From the NCBI GenBank assembly GCA_036844485.1, contig DAIUFS010000005.1, positions 4,825-64,697 of the forward strand: a stretch of DNA of 59,873 bases. The letters run 5' to 3'. Below the pieces are notes generated by a model. That model ran no database searches and was not told the DNA's origin. It saw only the letters and a list, made by a program, of their open reading frames with translations. The DNA is from Candidatus Dormiibacterota bacterium (GTDB lineage: Bacteria > Chloroflexota > Dormibacteria > Aeolococcales > Aeolococcaceae). How positions within the stretch are numbered: the first letter of the stretch is position 1; every line of letters begins with the position of its first letter. Positions 17,279 through 27,132 of this stretch are shown one piece after another. A program made the translations under genes and the position numbers.

Positions 17279-18513
17279 TCGGGCGCGGTGGGCATTCGGC
17301 GTGCCGTCACGTTGAAGCCCAGCGGGAGCAGTGCTCCATTATCCAGAGGCGACAGCGCCGAGACGGCTCTCGCGACACCTGCGAGTGCGTTGGCGGCCGT
17401 GCGTCGCCGGCCGTCGAGTCCATCGGCATTCGACCCCTCCATGAGCCACGACGGGACGATCTGCATCAGTTGTGCCAGTGTGGTGAAGTAATCACCTCGG
17501 TTGCTGATCTCGATGTCCGCGAATCCCGCGATCTCCAGCAGCATCCTCAGGGCTGATGGCGTGTATCGATAGAAGTCGTTCGGCATCTCATGGAGTATCC
17601 ATACGAAGGGAACGGTCAGCACCAGGCTGCCACCCGGTCGCAGGACCCTTGCCACCTCGGCCAGAGCCCGGTCGGGTGTGCTGATGTGCTCGAGCACCTC
17701 CGTCATGAGGACTGCGTCGACAGAGCGGTCGTGCAACGGGAGGTTGTCTGCCGAAGCATGGATGTCCGAATGCCGCGCGCCCTCGTGAATCGAGTGTTCC
17801 CAGTCGATGGTTACATAGTCGGCGTGGTGAAATAGCTCTCGATATGGAGCGTCTCCAGCTCCGACGTCGACGACGCGAGCTCCGCGAGGGATGGTCTGCG
17901 CGACCTCAGCGACGAAACTCGCGATTCCATCGCGCACGTATGGGGCTTCCCGATTGAAGCCCTCCAGGCTTTCGGAGAAGGGGTGCGTACGCTTGCTGCT
18001 CGCAGCGCTCATTTGGGAGCTCGCCCACCCCGCTTCGCGAAGCACCTCCAGAGCTTGGTCGAGCGCCGAGAGGTCCAGCCTCGTTGCGGCCTTGCTTTCC
18101 GCGTTCTCGTCATCGCGCACGCGGAACACGTAATCCATCAGGGTCGCTTTGGTCCCGCCCTGTCCTGTAACGACAATCTGCACGTGCACATCGGGGTCCG
18201 GCCACCCGATTAGGTCGACGGATCCCGCCCACCCGCACTCGGAGGAGGCTCCCGGCTCACCGAGGTTGACAGGGACGTCCGGGCGACGAAGGCCGAGTTG
18301 AGCGGGACCGCCGCGCTGGCGACTGACCAGGATCTCTACGGCAGACGGAGGTCGGAGTCCGTCGAGCGCCCAACCGCAGAAGGCGGTGTGCTCACCCCGC
18401 CGAAGATTCGCCCCTTCCGGCTCGTCAACACAGCCGCGGATCAGTCCCTCGACCGATGCGCGCGTCCTCGTCCGAGAAACTCGTGCTCGAACGCGGTGGG
18501 CCAGCCAGGGCAT
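17275..18513 (-). CDS. Class I SAM methyltransferase with N-terminal Ig-like module
   Basis: 'VVDVGAG', 'SVDAVLMTEVLEH', 'VLRPGG', 'HEMPNDFYRYT'; start may be 18513 or 18579. Confidence 0.85.
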   Translation of the reverse strand: MPWLAHRVRARVSRTRTRASVEGLIRGCVDEPEGANLRRGEHTAFCGWALDGLRPPSAVEILVSRQRGGPAQLGLRRPDVPVNLGEPGASSECGWAGSVDLIGWPDPDVHVQIVVTGQGGTKATLMDYVFRVRDDENAESKAATRLDLSALDQALEVLREAGWASSQMSAASSKRTHPFSESLEGFNREAPYVRDGIASFVAEVAQTIPRGARVVDVGAGDAPYRELFHHADYVTIDWEHSIHEGARHSDIHASADNLPLHDRSVDAVLMTEVLEHISTPDRALAEVARVLRPGGSLVLTVPFVWILHEMPNDFYRYTPSALRMLLEIAGFADIEISNRGDYFTTLAQLMQIVPSWLMEGSNADGLDGRRRTAANALAGVARAVSALSPLDNGALLPLGFNVTARRMPTAPE

Positions 18514-18539
18514 CGAGGCATTCTCGTCCAGGGCGGGGT

Positions 18540-19514
18540 CTAGCTGCTTCGGCTGGCGATCGCGTCGATCGTTGAGCACCCCACATCTCGCGCGTCCCAG
18601 GTCTTCTGCAACCCATCTTCCAGAGATGTCGGCATGTAGGGAATGAGTGACTGAAGCTTGGATACGTCAAGAACGATGGCGTCGACATCATACGGGCGTA
18701 CGGGCTGAAATTCGAGGATCGCCGGACGACCAACAACGCGGCTCACGCATTCGACCACGTCGGCGACGCTGCTTCCGCGCCCTGAACCAACGTTGACGAC
18801 ATCGAGATCAACTCCCTCGAGGATCAGCTGGGCCAAAGCCTCTGAGACGTCGTCGACGAAGACATAGTCTCGCTTCATCGAACCATTGCCCAGGACCGTG
18901 ATCGGCGCCCCGGTGGAGATGCGCTCGAGGAAGACCGCGATGACTCCCTGATTGCGGTCGTTGGGCTGACCAGGACCATAGACATTGGCGCACCGAACGA
19001 TGCGGACGGGCATACCGTACGTCCTGCGGTACATCCCAGCGTAGGCCTCGGCAGCCAGGTGCGACGCCCCGTAGGGTGAGACTGGCAGGGTCTCGTCCGT
19101 CTCACGCACGGGAGTGCGTACGGGATTGCCGTAGACCGTCCCACCGGACGAGATATAGGTCACTGTGACCCCGGCATGGCGACGCGTTTCCTCGAGCGTT
19201 CTGATTAGCGGGGACAGCGTCGCCTTCGCGTCCTCGAGAGGCTCGGCAGCCGCCGATGGAGGGAGGAGGCCACCTGCCGCAACAACGACGTGGTCAACGC
19301 CGGGCAGCGCATCGGCAAGAGCAGGCGGCTCCGAAGCATCGGCAACAATGATGCGAATTCCGGCGGCTCGTGCTCTCCCAGTTGCGGCGGTTTCGGACCT
19401 GGTCAGGCTGACAACGTCAGCGCCGTCAGAAGCGAGCCGGTGCCCGAGAGCGGCGCCGACAAAACCCCAACCGATGACCAGCACACGCTGCGGAGGTGTC
19501 CGAAGGCGATTCAT
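18540..19514 (-). CDS. NAD-dependent epimerase/dehydratase (extended SDR)
   Basis: 'LVIGWGFVG', 'YISSGGTVYG', 'PVSPYGASH', 'ANVYGPGQ', 'RDYVFVDDV'. Confidence 0.9.
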   Translation of the reverse strand: MNRLRTPPQRVLVIGWGFVGAALGHRLASDGADVVSLTRSETAATGRARAAGIRIIVADASEPPALADALPGVDHVVVAAGGLLPPSAAAEPLEDAKATLSPLIRTLEETRRHAGVTVTYISSGGTVYGNPVRTPVRETDETLPVSPYGASHLAAEAYAGMYRRTYGMPVRIVRCANVYGPGQPNDRNQGVIAVFLERISTGAPITVLGNGSMKRDYVFVDDVSEALAQLILEGVDLDVVNVGSGRGSSVADVVECVSRVVGRPAILEFQPVRPYDVDAIVLDVSKLQSLIPYMPTSLEDGLQKTWDARDVGCSTIDAIASRSS

Positions 19515-19610
19515 TCTTGCACGATAACCATCAAGCGGACGTGATGTGTTCCTCCGGACCCCGCTCGCTCACGGTCGACGGCGTCTGGAACGCATGTCCC
19601 AATGGGCAAC

Positions 19611-19688
19611 TGGTCGGGAAGGGGAGATTCGAACTCCCGACCTCACGGTCCCGAACCGTGCACTCTAACCTGGCTGAGCTACTTCCCG
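19611..19688 (-). tRNA. tRNA-Pro (anticodon CGG), CCA encoded
   Basis: Reverse complement CGGGAAGTAGCTCAGCCAGGTTAGAGTGCACGGTTCGGGACCGTGAGGTCGGGAGTTCGAATCTCCCCTTCCCGACCA folds as a cloverleaf; anticodon loop TTCGGGA; T-loop TTCGAAT. Confidence 0.97.
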
Positions 19689-19697
19689 AGCCGCCGG

Positions 19698-19706
19698 ATT
19701 CTACCA
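19698..19706 (-). promoter_or_regulatory. Extended -10 promoter of tRNA-Pro
   Basis: TGgTAGAAT on the minus strand about 10 nt upstream of the tRNA 5' end. Confidence 0.65.
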
Positions 19707-19770
19707 CCGCCCTTGTTCGGGCTCCTTGCGGCCTGCGCCGTACACTATGGCCCCATCCAGGAGGACAGCG

Positions 19771-20775
19771 GTGAGCAGGCGAATCGCGGCGTCCCCGCCG
19801 TCCGCCCGATCGCGCCGGCCGCCGCGCGCCGTCGCGGACGATCTGCTGGCTCTGGCGGCGGATCCAGCGCGGCGGCGACGCCCCTCTCGACACCGCTCAC
19901 CGAGCATGATCCGCGAGATCATCGACACCCTCGATGGCACCGTCCAAGGCGTGATGGAGCGCGGCCGTCAGGGTTCGCTCGATGAGCGCGATCCGGAGTG
20001 GATCGAGTCGCAGCTGCGCTGGTTGCAGCCGCTCGCCGATATCTACTTCCGCGGCGAGGTTCGCGACATGGAGCGCCTTCCTGCGACCGGCCCGGTGCTC
20101 GTGGTCGGCAACCACAGCGGCGGCTTGGCCACTCCCGACACCTGGGTGTTCATGGTCAATTTCATGCGCCACTTCGGCACCGCGCGAGAGGCGTACGCGC
20201 TGGCGCACAACGTGGTCATGGGGCTGCCGCTGACGGGCACCTGGCTGCGTCGCGTCGGCACCCTTCCGGCACATCCCGATTGCGCGCGGGCCGCATTGCG
20301 GCGCGGTGCGTCGGTGCTCGTCTACCCCGGGGGTGATGAGGACGTGTTCCGCCCCTGGTCAGCACGCAACCGGATCCGGCTGGCGGGTCGCACCGGATTC
20401 ATCCGGCTGGCACTGCAGGAGCGCGTGCCGGTTCAGCCTGTGGTGAGCATCGGTGGACACGAGACTGTCTTCATCGCCAGCGACGGCCGCAGGCTGGCCC
20501 GAATCCTCGGCCTCGAGCGCTTCCGCCTCAAAGCGCTCCCGCTTCTGGTGGGGCCACCCTGGGGGATCTCGCCCGGCGATTTTTTGCTGCACTGGCCGCT
20601 CCCCGCCAAGATCACCGTGCAGGTGGGTGAGGCAATCGACTTTCACAGCCAATTCGGGGAGCTCGATCCGCGAGACCCCGAGGTGATCTGGGCGTGCTAC
20701 CACTACGTCGAGCAGCGGATGCAGAGCATGCTCGACACACTTGCCCAGGAGCGCAGACTGCCGGTGCTGGGCTGA
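19771..20775 (+). CDS. Lysophospholipid acyltransferase (PlsC/DGAT-like)
   Basis: 'VGNHSGG...PD', 'VYPGG', 'GRTGFIRLAL', 'VPVQPV'; GTG start with AGGAGG; alternative ATG at 19906. Confidence 0.88.
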   Translation: MSRRIAASPPSARSRRPPRAVADDLLALAADPARRRRPSRHRSPSMIREIIDTLDGTVQGVMERGRQGSLDERDPEWIESQLRWLQPLADIYFRGEVRDMERLPATGPVLVVGNHSGGLATPDTWVFMVNFMRHFGTAREAYALAHNVVMGLPLTGTWLRRVGTLPAHPDCARAALRRGASVLVYPGGDEDVFRPWSARNRIRLAGRTGFIRLALQERVPVQPVVSIGGHETVFIASDGRRLARILGLERFRLKALPLLVGPPWGISPGDFLLHWPLPAKITVQVGEAIDFHSQFGELDPRDPEVIWACYHYVEQRMQSMLDTLAQERRLPVLG

Positions 20776-20801
20776 TCGGCCCAGACGCAGGGGAGGTTGG
20801 C

Positions 20802-21278
20802 ATGGGACACATCACGTGCACCGAACGGATCGCCGCGCCCGCCGAGGTGGTGTTTGCGTACGTCGATGACCACCGCAACACCACCAAGTACATGAAGGAC
20901 CTGACCAAATGGGCTCCGGTGGGCTCCACGACCCATGGCAAGGGAGCCAAGTTCCAGGTCGCCATGAAGGCCGGGCCGATGACGCTGTCGTCGGTCGTCG
21001 ACATCACCACCTGGACGGAGAACCGCGCCATCGCCTGGACCTCGCTCGAGGGGTTCAAGCAGACGGGCAGGTGGTCGTTCAAGAAGGACGGCGACGGCAG
21101 CGAGGCGACCTTCGACATGGAGTACGAGCTGCCCGGTGGCATCGCCGGCCGCATGTTGTCGCGCGTGGCCGAGCCCATCGTTCGCGGCAACATCGAGCAG
21201 TCAGTCCGCAAGCTCCGGTCGCAGGTCGAGAAATTGTCCAGGAAGCCCATCCGAGCCACCCCCGGGCGCAAGCGCTGA
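20802..21278 (+). CDS. SRPBCC (START/polyketide cyclase) family protein
   Basis: 'IAAPAEVVFAYVDD', 'WTENRAIAW', C-terminal amphipathic helix. Confidence 0.85.
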   Translation: MGHITCTERIAAPAEVVFAYVDDHRNTTKYMKDLTKWAPVGSTTHGKGAKFQVAMKAGPMTLSSVVDITTWTENRAIAWTSLEGFKQTGRWSFKKDGDGSEATFDMEYELPGGIAGRMLSRVAEPIVRGNIEQSVRKLRSQVEKLSRKPIRATPGRKR

Positions 21279-21402
21279 GCCGCCTCTCCACGGGACTGTA
21301 CCCGCCTGGCCTGGGCCTCCCAAGCCGCCAATGGAACGGGCTGACTGCGAGACCGTCGCAGCCCTGCGACGTGGCCTCCGCGACCGCTCCTGACCGTGTT
21401 CG

Positions 21403-22932
21403 ATGGGCACCATGCCGAGAATCAAAGCCGGAGCACGGCCTCCCCTGGTCGCGCTCGGTACGCCGATCGCGCCGCGGATCGGAATTGTCGTCGTCGCCTA
21501 CAACGCCGTCTCGACGCTTGCCCATGTCCTGGATCGCATCCCCGCACACTTCCGATCGCGAATCGAGGAGATTCTGGTATGCGACGACGCCAGCCAGGAT
21601 TCGACCTACCTCGTCGGCCTCGGCTACAAGCAGGTTGTGACCGACCTCCCTCTGACCATCGTCCGGCACCCCCGCAATCTGGGCTACGGTGGCAACCAGA
21701 AGGCGGCTTACCGCCTCGCCATCGAGCGCGGCCTCGACATCGTCGTGCTGCTCCATGGCGACGGTCAGTACGCGCCCGAGTGCCTGCCTGAGATTGTGGC
21801 GCCGCTGGAGCGCGGCGAATGCGACGCCGTCTTCGGCTCGCGAATGATGGTCAAGGGGCAGGCGCGCAAGGGCGGGATGCCCCTGTACAAGTACGTCGGC
21901 AACCGGATTCTCACCCGCTTTGAGAACCGCGTCCTCGGTACCTCGCTGTCCGAGTTCCACTCCGGGTATCGTGCCTACAGCGTCAGGGCGCTGCAGGGCC
22001 TCGACCTCGAGAAGAACAGTGACGGATTCAACTTCGACACCCAGATCATCATCCAGCTCGTCGACGCAGGCAAACGTATCGTCGAAATTCCCATCCCCAC
22101 GTACTACGGCAACGAGATCTGCTCCGTCAACGGCATGAAATACGCGAAAGACGTAGCTGGCGACGTGCTTCGATACCGGCTGTCCAAGCAGGGTTTCATG
22201 TCGGGCGGCATCGCGTCTGTCGACAGCGAGTACCAGCTCAAGGAGAGCAATGACAGCTCCCACGGCGTCATGCTCGACTGGCTCCGGCAGATGCCACCCT
22301 CGCGCGTTCTCGACCTCGGCTGCAGTGGCGGCGCCTTTGCGTCGCGAGTCCGCGCTCTCGGGCACCACGTGACCGGCGTCGACAACGAGGAGCTTGGCCA
22401 CGTCCGGGAACGCTGCGACGCATTCTTCGAGGCCGACCTGGACCGCGGCCTTCCTCATGAGGTCACCGCCGCCGACCCATTCGATATCATCGTCTGTGCC
22501 GATGTCCTCGAGCACCTTCGACGGCCCGAGGATCTGCTCGCGCAGTTGCGCGGTGTTCTCGTGCCGCGCGGTGCCGTGATCGCCTCGGTGCCCAACTTCG
22601 GCCACTGGTACTCGCGCGGCCGGACCGCGCTTGGGTTGTTCGACTATGACCAACGGGGCATCCTCGATCACGGCCACGTGCGCTTCTTTACCCGACGCAG
22701 CTTCGAGCGGCTCACCCGCAACGCGGGGCTCACTCCGCTCCGTCGCCGTGTGACCGGTCTTCCCCTCGACGCTCTGACCAACACGCCACAGCGTTCGCTA
22801 ACCCGTGCGGTGAGGGCGGCCGACCGTGTCGCGGTGGCGTTGCGGCCAACGCTGTTCGGGTATCAGTTGATCTACCACTTCGAACTTTCATCGTCGGCGC
22901 GCGTCCACGATGCTGCCCACGTCGCTGCCTGA
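21403..22932 (+). CDS. Bifunctional GT2 (polyprenol-phosphate sugar synthase-like) / class I SAM methyltransferase
   Basis: N: 'VVAYNA', 'CDDASQD', 'NLGYGG', 'LHGDGQY', 'SEFHSGYRAY'; C: 'VLDLGCSGG', 'FDIIVCADVLEHL', 'DHGHVRFFT'. Confidence 0.9.
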   Translation: MGTMPRIKAGARPPLVALGTPIAPRIGIVVVAYNAVSTLAHVLDRIPAHFRSRIEEILVCDDASQDSTYLVGLGYKQVVTDLPLTIVRHPRNLGYGGNQKAAYRLAIERGLDIVVLLHGDGQYAPECLPEIVAPLERGECDAVFGSRMMVKGQARKGGMPLYKYVGNRILTRFENRVLGTSLSEFHSGYRAYSVRALQGLDLEKNSDGFNFDTQIIIQLVDAGKRIVEIPIPTYYGNEICSVNGMKYAKDVAGDVLRYRLSKQGFMSGGIASVDSEYQLKESNDSSHGVMLDWLRQMPPSRVLDLGCSGGAFASRVRALGHHVTGVDNEELGHVRERCDAFFEADLDRGLPHEVTAADPFDIIVCADVLEHLRRPEDLLAQLRGVLVPRGAVIASVPNFGHWYSRGRTALGLFDYDQRGILDHGHVRFFTRRSFERLTRNAGLTPLRRRVTGLPLDALTNTPQRSLTRAVRAADRVAVALRPTLFGYQLIYHFELSSSARVHDAAHVAA

Positions 22933-22965
22933 ACAGCAGTCGACGCTGGTCAGCACAGCCGTCCG

Positions 22966-24354
22966 ATGACTCAATCCGATCGCCGCCTGCTCAGCCTTGT
23001 CCTCCTCAGCGTCGGCGTCCTCGACCGTTTCGGCAACCTCTCTACTCCGGCGCTCATACTGATTGTCTTGTCCGTGGGGCTGGGCATCCAAAGTTTCTCG
23101 CGGAAGCCCTTGGGCCCGGCCCTGCCGCGCTCGGCGGGGATCGCGTTGCTGGTGGCGCTCGCGGCGACCACGCTTCTCTATCAGAGGAAGTTTGGCGATC
23201 CGCTGTTCCTGGACACGTTCGCCCTGCTCGCTGCCGCCGTCGTCCTCTACAGCGTGGCAAAGCGCGGCGTGGCCAAGGCTGTGGCGTTCGCATTCGCTGG
23301 TCTGTCAACCATGGCAGCGATCCTGGCGAACGCCAGCTGGGCGTACGCCGACATCGACGTGTTCCACTTCCAGCAGCAAGCGTCGCAGGCGTTGTTGCAC
23401 GGGCAGAACCCCTACTCCCCCGTGGTGCCAAGCCCGCAGATGGTCGCGCCCGGAGTCCTGGGGTGGTTGCACCTGCATTTTCCCTACGGACCCATCCTGC
23501 CCGTGCTCGAAGCCCCGTTTCGCCTTCTCGGCGACGTTCGCATCCTGCACGTGGTGGCAGCCCTCATCACCTCGGTGGCCGTTCTGACGCTGGCACGCCG
23601 GGCAGGGACACTCGACCGCAGCGCCTGCGTGGTGATGGCGTTTCCGCTGACCGTCGGCATGATCATCTTCAGCTGGGTCGACGTCATCACCATGGCCGGC
23701 CTGGCGGTGTGGCTCGTCTCCTTCCGCAGCCATCCGAAGATCGCGACCTTAGCGCTGGCGCTGGCACTGGGAGCCAAGCCGACGACCCTCATAGCGTTGG
23801 TGCCGATCTTCTTCTGGTCGATCCGCGCCCGGCGGCAGGTGATCCTCGCCGCCATCGTCGCCGGGCTGTTCGTGCTTCCTTTCGCGGTGGTCACCGGCCT
23901 CTCACAGTTCTACTACAACGTTCTCGGTGTCCAGCTCGCGGTCCTTCCCCGGTTCGACGCCCTCACCATCAACTCGTACCTCCACTCGTACCAGCTGCCC
24001 ATTCTTCCGTTTGCGGTGTCGGCTTCAGTCATTGCCGCCGCGACTGTGCTGGTGTTGCGCCAGCGTCCCACCACGTACGGTGACCTCCTCACAGGGACGG
24101 CCATCCTCGCCACCGTGTCCTTCCTGGTCGCCAAGTGGGCATACCTCAACTACTACTACATCCCTGCGGTGCTGCTGATGCTGGCGATTGCGGGCAACGG
24201 GCTGGCTCTCGACGTTCCCGAGATGATCAGACCCCCCGCTGTGTTCCTCAGATCCGGTGATTGGTTACGCCGAACATTGGACCGCCTTCCTACGCCTCGG
24301 CGCCTTCCGGGTGCGAACATCCCTGCTCGTGAGGCACCTGAATCGGTGGCCTGA
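22966..24354 (+). CDS. GT-C fold (GT87/DUF2029-like) multi-pass membrane glycosyltransferase
   Basis: 'IDVFHF...ALLHGQNPY', 'FPYGP', 'ALGAKP', 'NYYY'; many TMs; next to the GT2 gene. Confidence 0.7.
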   Translation: MTQSDRRLLSLVLLSVGVLDRFGNLSTPALILIVLSVGLGIQSFSRKPLGPALPRSAGIALLVALAATTLLYQRKFGDPLFLDTFALLAAAVVLYSVAKRGVAKAVAFAFAGLSTMAAILANASWAYADIDVFHFQQQASQALLHGQNPYSPVVPSPQMVAPGVLGWLHLHFPYGPILPVLEAPFRLLGDVRILHVVAALITSVAVLTLARRAGTLDRSACVVMAFPLTVGMIIFSWVDVITMAGLAVWLVSFRSHPKIATLALALALGAKPTTLIALVPIFFWSIRARRQVILAAIVAGLFVLPFAVVTGLSQFYYNVLGVQLAVLPRFDALTINSYLHSYQLPILPFAVSASVIAAATVLVLRQRPTTYGDLLTGTAILATVSFLVAKWAYLNYYYIPAVLLMLAIAGNGLALDVPEMIRPPAVFLRSGDWLRRTLDRLPTPRRLPGANIPAREAPESVA

Positions 24355-24424
24355 CGGCGTGGGTTCTCCCTGCCCCTTGAGTAGAATCACACTCCAGGAC
24401 CCGATCCACCAGGTACACCACATC

Positions 24425-25345
24425 ATGAGCGCCAGCCACGTCACCGCCAAGAAGAACGGACACCACCTGACCGGCGGCCTGCGCGTCAAGCGCGGCCTCG
24501 CCGAGATGCTCAAGGGCGGGGTGATCATGGACGTGGTCACGGCCGAGCAGGCACGGGTCGCGGAGGAGGCAGGCGCCGTCGCCGTCATGGCGCTGGAGCG
24601 GGTCCCGGCCGACATCCGCCGCGACGGGGGAGTGGCCCGGATGAGCGCGGTCAGCCTGGTGCGCGAGATCAAGCAGGCGGTGACCATCCCGGTCATGGCC
24701 AAGGCCCGGATCGGTCATTTCGTCGAGGCCCAAGTGCTCGAGGCGCTCGGCATCGACTACGTCGACGAATCAGAGGTGCTGACCCCCGCCGACGAGGAGC
24801 ACCACATCGACAAGTGGGCGTTCACCATCCCGTTCGTCTGCGGAGCGCGCGACCTCGGCGAGGCGCTCCGGCGCATCGGTGAGGGCGCTGCGATGATCCG
24901 CACCAAGGGCGAGGCGGGGACCGGCAATGTCGTCGAAGCCGTCCGCCACATGCGCGCCGTCCGCGGAGGCATCCGCCGCATCCAGGGGTTGCGCCGCGAC
25001 GAGCTCATGGCTGAGGCCAAGCGCCTCCAGGCCCCCTACGAGCTGGTGGTTGAGATCGCTGAGACGGGCCGCCTCCCGGTGGTGAACTTCTCGGCGGGGG
25101 GCATCGCCACGCCGGCGGATGCGGCGTTGATGATGCAGCTCGGCGCGGAGGGCAACTTCGTCGGCAGCGGCATCTTCAAGAGTGAGGATCCCCTCAGCTA
25201 CGCGAAGGCGTTCGTGGCAGCCACCACCTACTTCGACAAGCCCGACGTGATCGCGGAGGTCAGCACCGGTCTGGGGCCCGCCATGCGAGGTCTCGATGTC
25301 GCCGCCATGCCGCGTGAGGAACTGCTGTCCACACGCGGCTGGTAA
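24425..25345 (+). CDS. pdxS: Pyridoxal 5'-phosphate synthase lyase subunit
   Basis: '[13 protein letters not shown]', '[10 protein letters not shown]', 'MAKARIGH', '[10 protein letters not shown]', '[16 protein letters not shown]'. Confidence 0.98.
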   Translation: MSASHVTAKKNGHHLTGGLRVKRGLAEMLKGGVIMDVVTAEQARVAEEAGAVAVMALERVPADIRRDGGVARMSAVSLVREIKQAVTIPVMAKARIGHFVEAQVLEALGIDYVDESEVLTPADEEHHIDKWAFTIPFVCGARDLGEALRRIGEGAAMIRTKGEAGTGNVVEAVRHMRAVRGGIRRIQGLRRDELMAEAKRLQAPYELVVEIAETGRLPVVNFSAGGIATPADAALMMQLGAEGNFVGSGIFKSEDPLSYAKAFVAATTYFDKPDVIAEVSTGLGPAMRGLDVAAMPREELLSTRGW

Positions 25346-25392
25346 GCTGCTCGCCACGGTGATGGAGTGGACGGCGGGGGTACACTGAGTCT

Positions 25393-25455
25393 GTGCTCCT
25401 GACGCTGCTCAGGCTCCGGCGCGACCGGAGCTGCCACGTCCGCTGGGAAAGCTGA
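25393..25455 (+). other. Candidate leaderless 20-codon upstream ORF (MLLTLLRLRRDRSCHVRWES) containing tandem hairpins
   Basis: TACACT at 25381-25386, 6 nt, GTG at 25393; TGA 25453-25455 overlaps the in-frame ACG of pdxT. Confidence 0.35.
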
Positions 25456-26057
25456 CGATCACCACCATTGGTGTACTCGCCCTCCAGGGCGACGTCCGCG
25501 AACATCTCGCCGCCTTTGGGCGATGTGGTGTGGAGGCGATGCCGGTCCGTCTCGCCGCGGAGATCGAGGCGGTTGATGGGCTGGCGATCCCGGGCGGCGA
25601 GTCGACCACGATGGGGAGGTTGCTCGCAGCTTTTTCGCTCGAGGAAACTCTGCGGCGGCGCCTGGCGGACGGACTGCCTACGCTGACCACATGCGCGGGC
25701 CTGATCCTGCTGAGCCGGTCCATCGCGGACGGCCGCCCCGACCAGGTGGCCACGGGAACCCTCGACATCGCGGTGAGGCGGAACGGCTGGGGAAGCCAGG
25801 TGGACTCCTTTGAGGCCGACATGAGGTTTGCCGGCCTGGGCGACATCCCCTTCCGCGGCGTGTTCATCAGGGCTCCGCGAATCGAGGCCACGGGAGACGG
25901 CGTCGAAGTCCTCGCCAGGCTTGACGGCGAGCCGGTGGCGGTGCGCCAGGGAGCCCACATCGGTATGACCTTCCATCCTGAGATGACCGGCGACGACCGG
26001 ATCCATCGCCTCTTCCTGGAGCAGGTCGAGGCGGTTCGCGGGGAGAGTGCCGCATGA
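25455..26057 (+). CDS. pdxT: PLP synthase glutaminase subunit (no ATG/GTG/TTG start; ACG 25455 or CTG 25452 inferred)
   Basis: 'IGVLALQG', 'IPGGESTT', 'TCAGLI', 'FIRAP', 'FHPE'; in-frame stop at 25386 with no canonical start before the conserved N-terminus. Confidence 0.93.
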   Translation, partial: TITTIGVLALQGDVREHLAAFGRCGVEAMPVRLAAEIEAVDGLAIPGGESTTMGRLLAAFSLEETLRRRLADGLPTLTTCAGLILLSRSIADGRPDQVATGTLDIAVRRNGWGSQVDSFEADMRFAGLGDIPFRGVFIRAPRIEATGDGVEVLARLDGEPVAVRQGAHIGMTFHPEMTGDDRIHRLFLEQVEAVRGESAA

Positions 26058-27124
26058 ACGTGCGCTCCGCATCGTTCCGGGATCTGGCTCGCGTCGAGCA
26101 GCTCTACCGCGACGCCCTGGCCGCCGACGAAAGCGGCCCCGGGCCCCATCCGGAGAGCCCGGTTCCGCAGGCGACACTTCTGCGGCTGTGGTACGCCCTC
26201 AGCAAGACCCTGTCATCGCTGGTCCCGCTCAGCGATACCGGCGGCGTCCTCTTTGTCGCGGAGGACGGCGGCGAAGGAGTGGTGGGCTTCATCCAGGCGC
26301 AGGCCACCTCGACGCGGCCCTCGGTGTGGCAGATCGTCAACCTCTGTGTGGCGCCCGGCGGTGCCGGCCACTTCGCGCGTGAGCGCCTCCTCACCCACCT
26401 CTGCAACCGCGGCCTCGAGCAGGGTGTGCACCGCTTCCACGTGCGCCTGCCTCTCGATCATCCCATGGTGGGAGTGTTCCTGGAGCATGGTTTCACCCAG
26501 TTCGCCACCGAGCAGATCCTCTTCCACGAGACGCCCGAGCTGATCCACCCCAGCGACGCGCAGCCCCTCGCCGTGCGCCCGGGCCACCGCGAGGACGCCG
26601 CCGCCATCCACCTCCTCTATCGCCGGGTCACCCCCAGCCAAATCGCCGCCTTCGAAGCGCCCAACCTGAAGACGTGGCAGGCATCGTTCGCGCAGGGGAG
26701 CGTGGCGCGCATCGGCCGCGATGAGACCAAGCACCTTGTCGCGGAGCATCCTGGCGTGGTCGGCTGGGCCGCCATCCGCCCCGCCGGGGCGGGCCGGCCG
26801 AGCATCCTCTCGCTGATGTGCGAGGCTCATGATCGGGCCATCCGGGAGGGATTCCTCGATGCCGTCCTCGCCGAGCTCCCCCCGCAACCGGTCTCCTGCG
26901 TGTTGCGCCACTACGACTCCGAGCTGATCCGCTCGCTGCAACATCGCGGGTTCGCCGTCTACGGCACCCAGCTGCTGCTGGTCCGCGACCTCGGCATCAA
27001 GGTGCGTATCCGGGCAGCCGCCAAGCAGAGCAAGCAGGTGCTCGCCCACGCCGGGGTTGCCAGCTCCCACGTCTCCGCGCCGTCGCTGACAGTTCTGCAT
27101 CCACCAGAAAGGAGAGAGAGATAG
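26054..27124 (+). CDS. Hypothetical protein, probable tandem GNAT-like folds
   Basis: '[16 protein letters not shown]', 'VVGFIQA', 'IVNLCVAP', 'VFLEHGF'; second repeat '[16 protein letters not shown]...LQHRGF'. Confidence 0.6.
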   Translation: MNVRSASFRDLARVEQLYRDALAADESGPGPHPESPVPQATLLRLWYALSKTLSSLVPLSDTGGVLFVAEDGGEGVVGFIQAQATSTRPSVWQIVNLCVAPGGAGHFARERLLTHLCNRGLEQGVHRFHVRLPLDHPMVGVFLEHGFTQFATEQILFHETPELIHPSDAQPLAVRPGHREDAAAIHLLYRRVTPSQIAAFEAPNLKTWQASFAQGSVARIGRDETKHLVAEHPGVVGWAAIRPAGAGRPSILSLMCEAHDRAIREGFLDAVLAELPPQPVSCVLRHYDSELIRSLQHRGFAVYGTQLLLVRDLGIKVRIRAAAKQSKQVLAHAGVASSHVSAPSLTVLHPPERRER

Positions 27125-27132
27125 TCGCCGAG

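Noticed and set aside
25430-25452. Cobalamin riboswitch fragment (GCCAC...TGGGAA)
   Set aside because: The other B12-box elements are missing and the context (pdxT) does not fit
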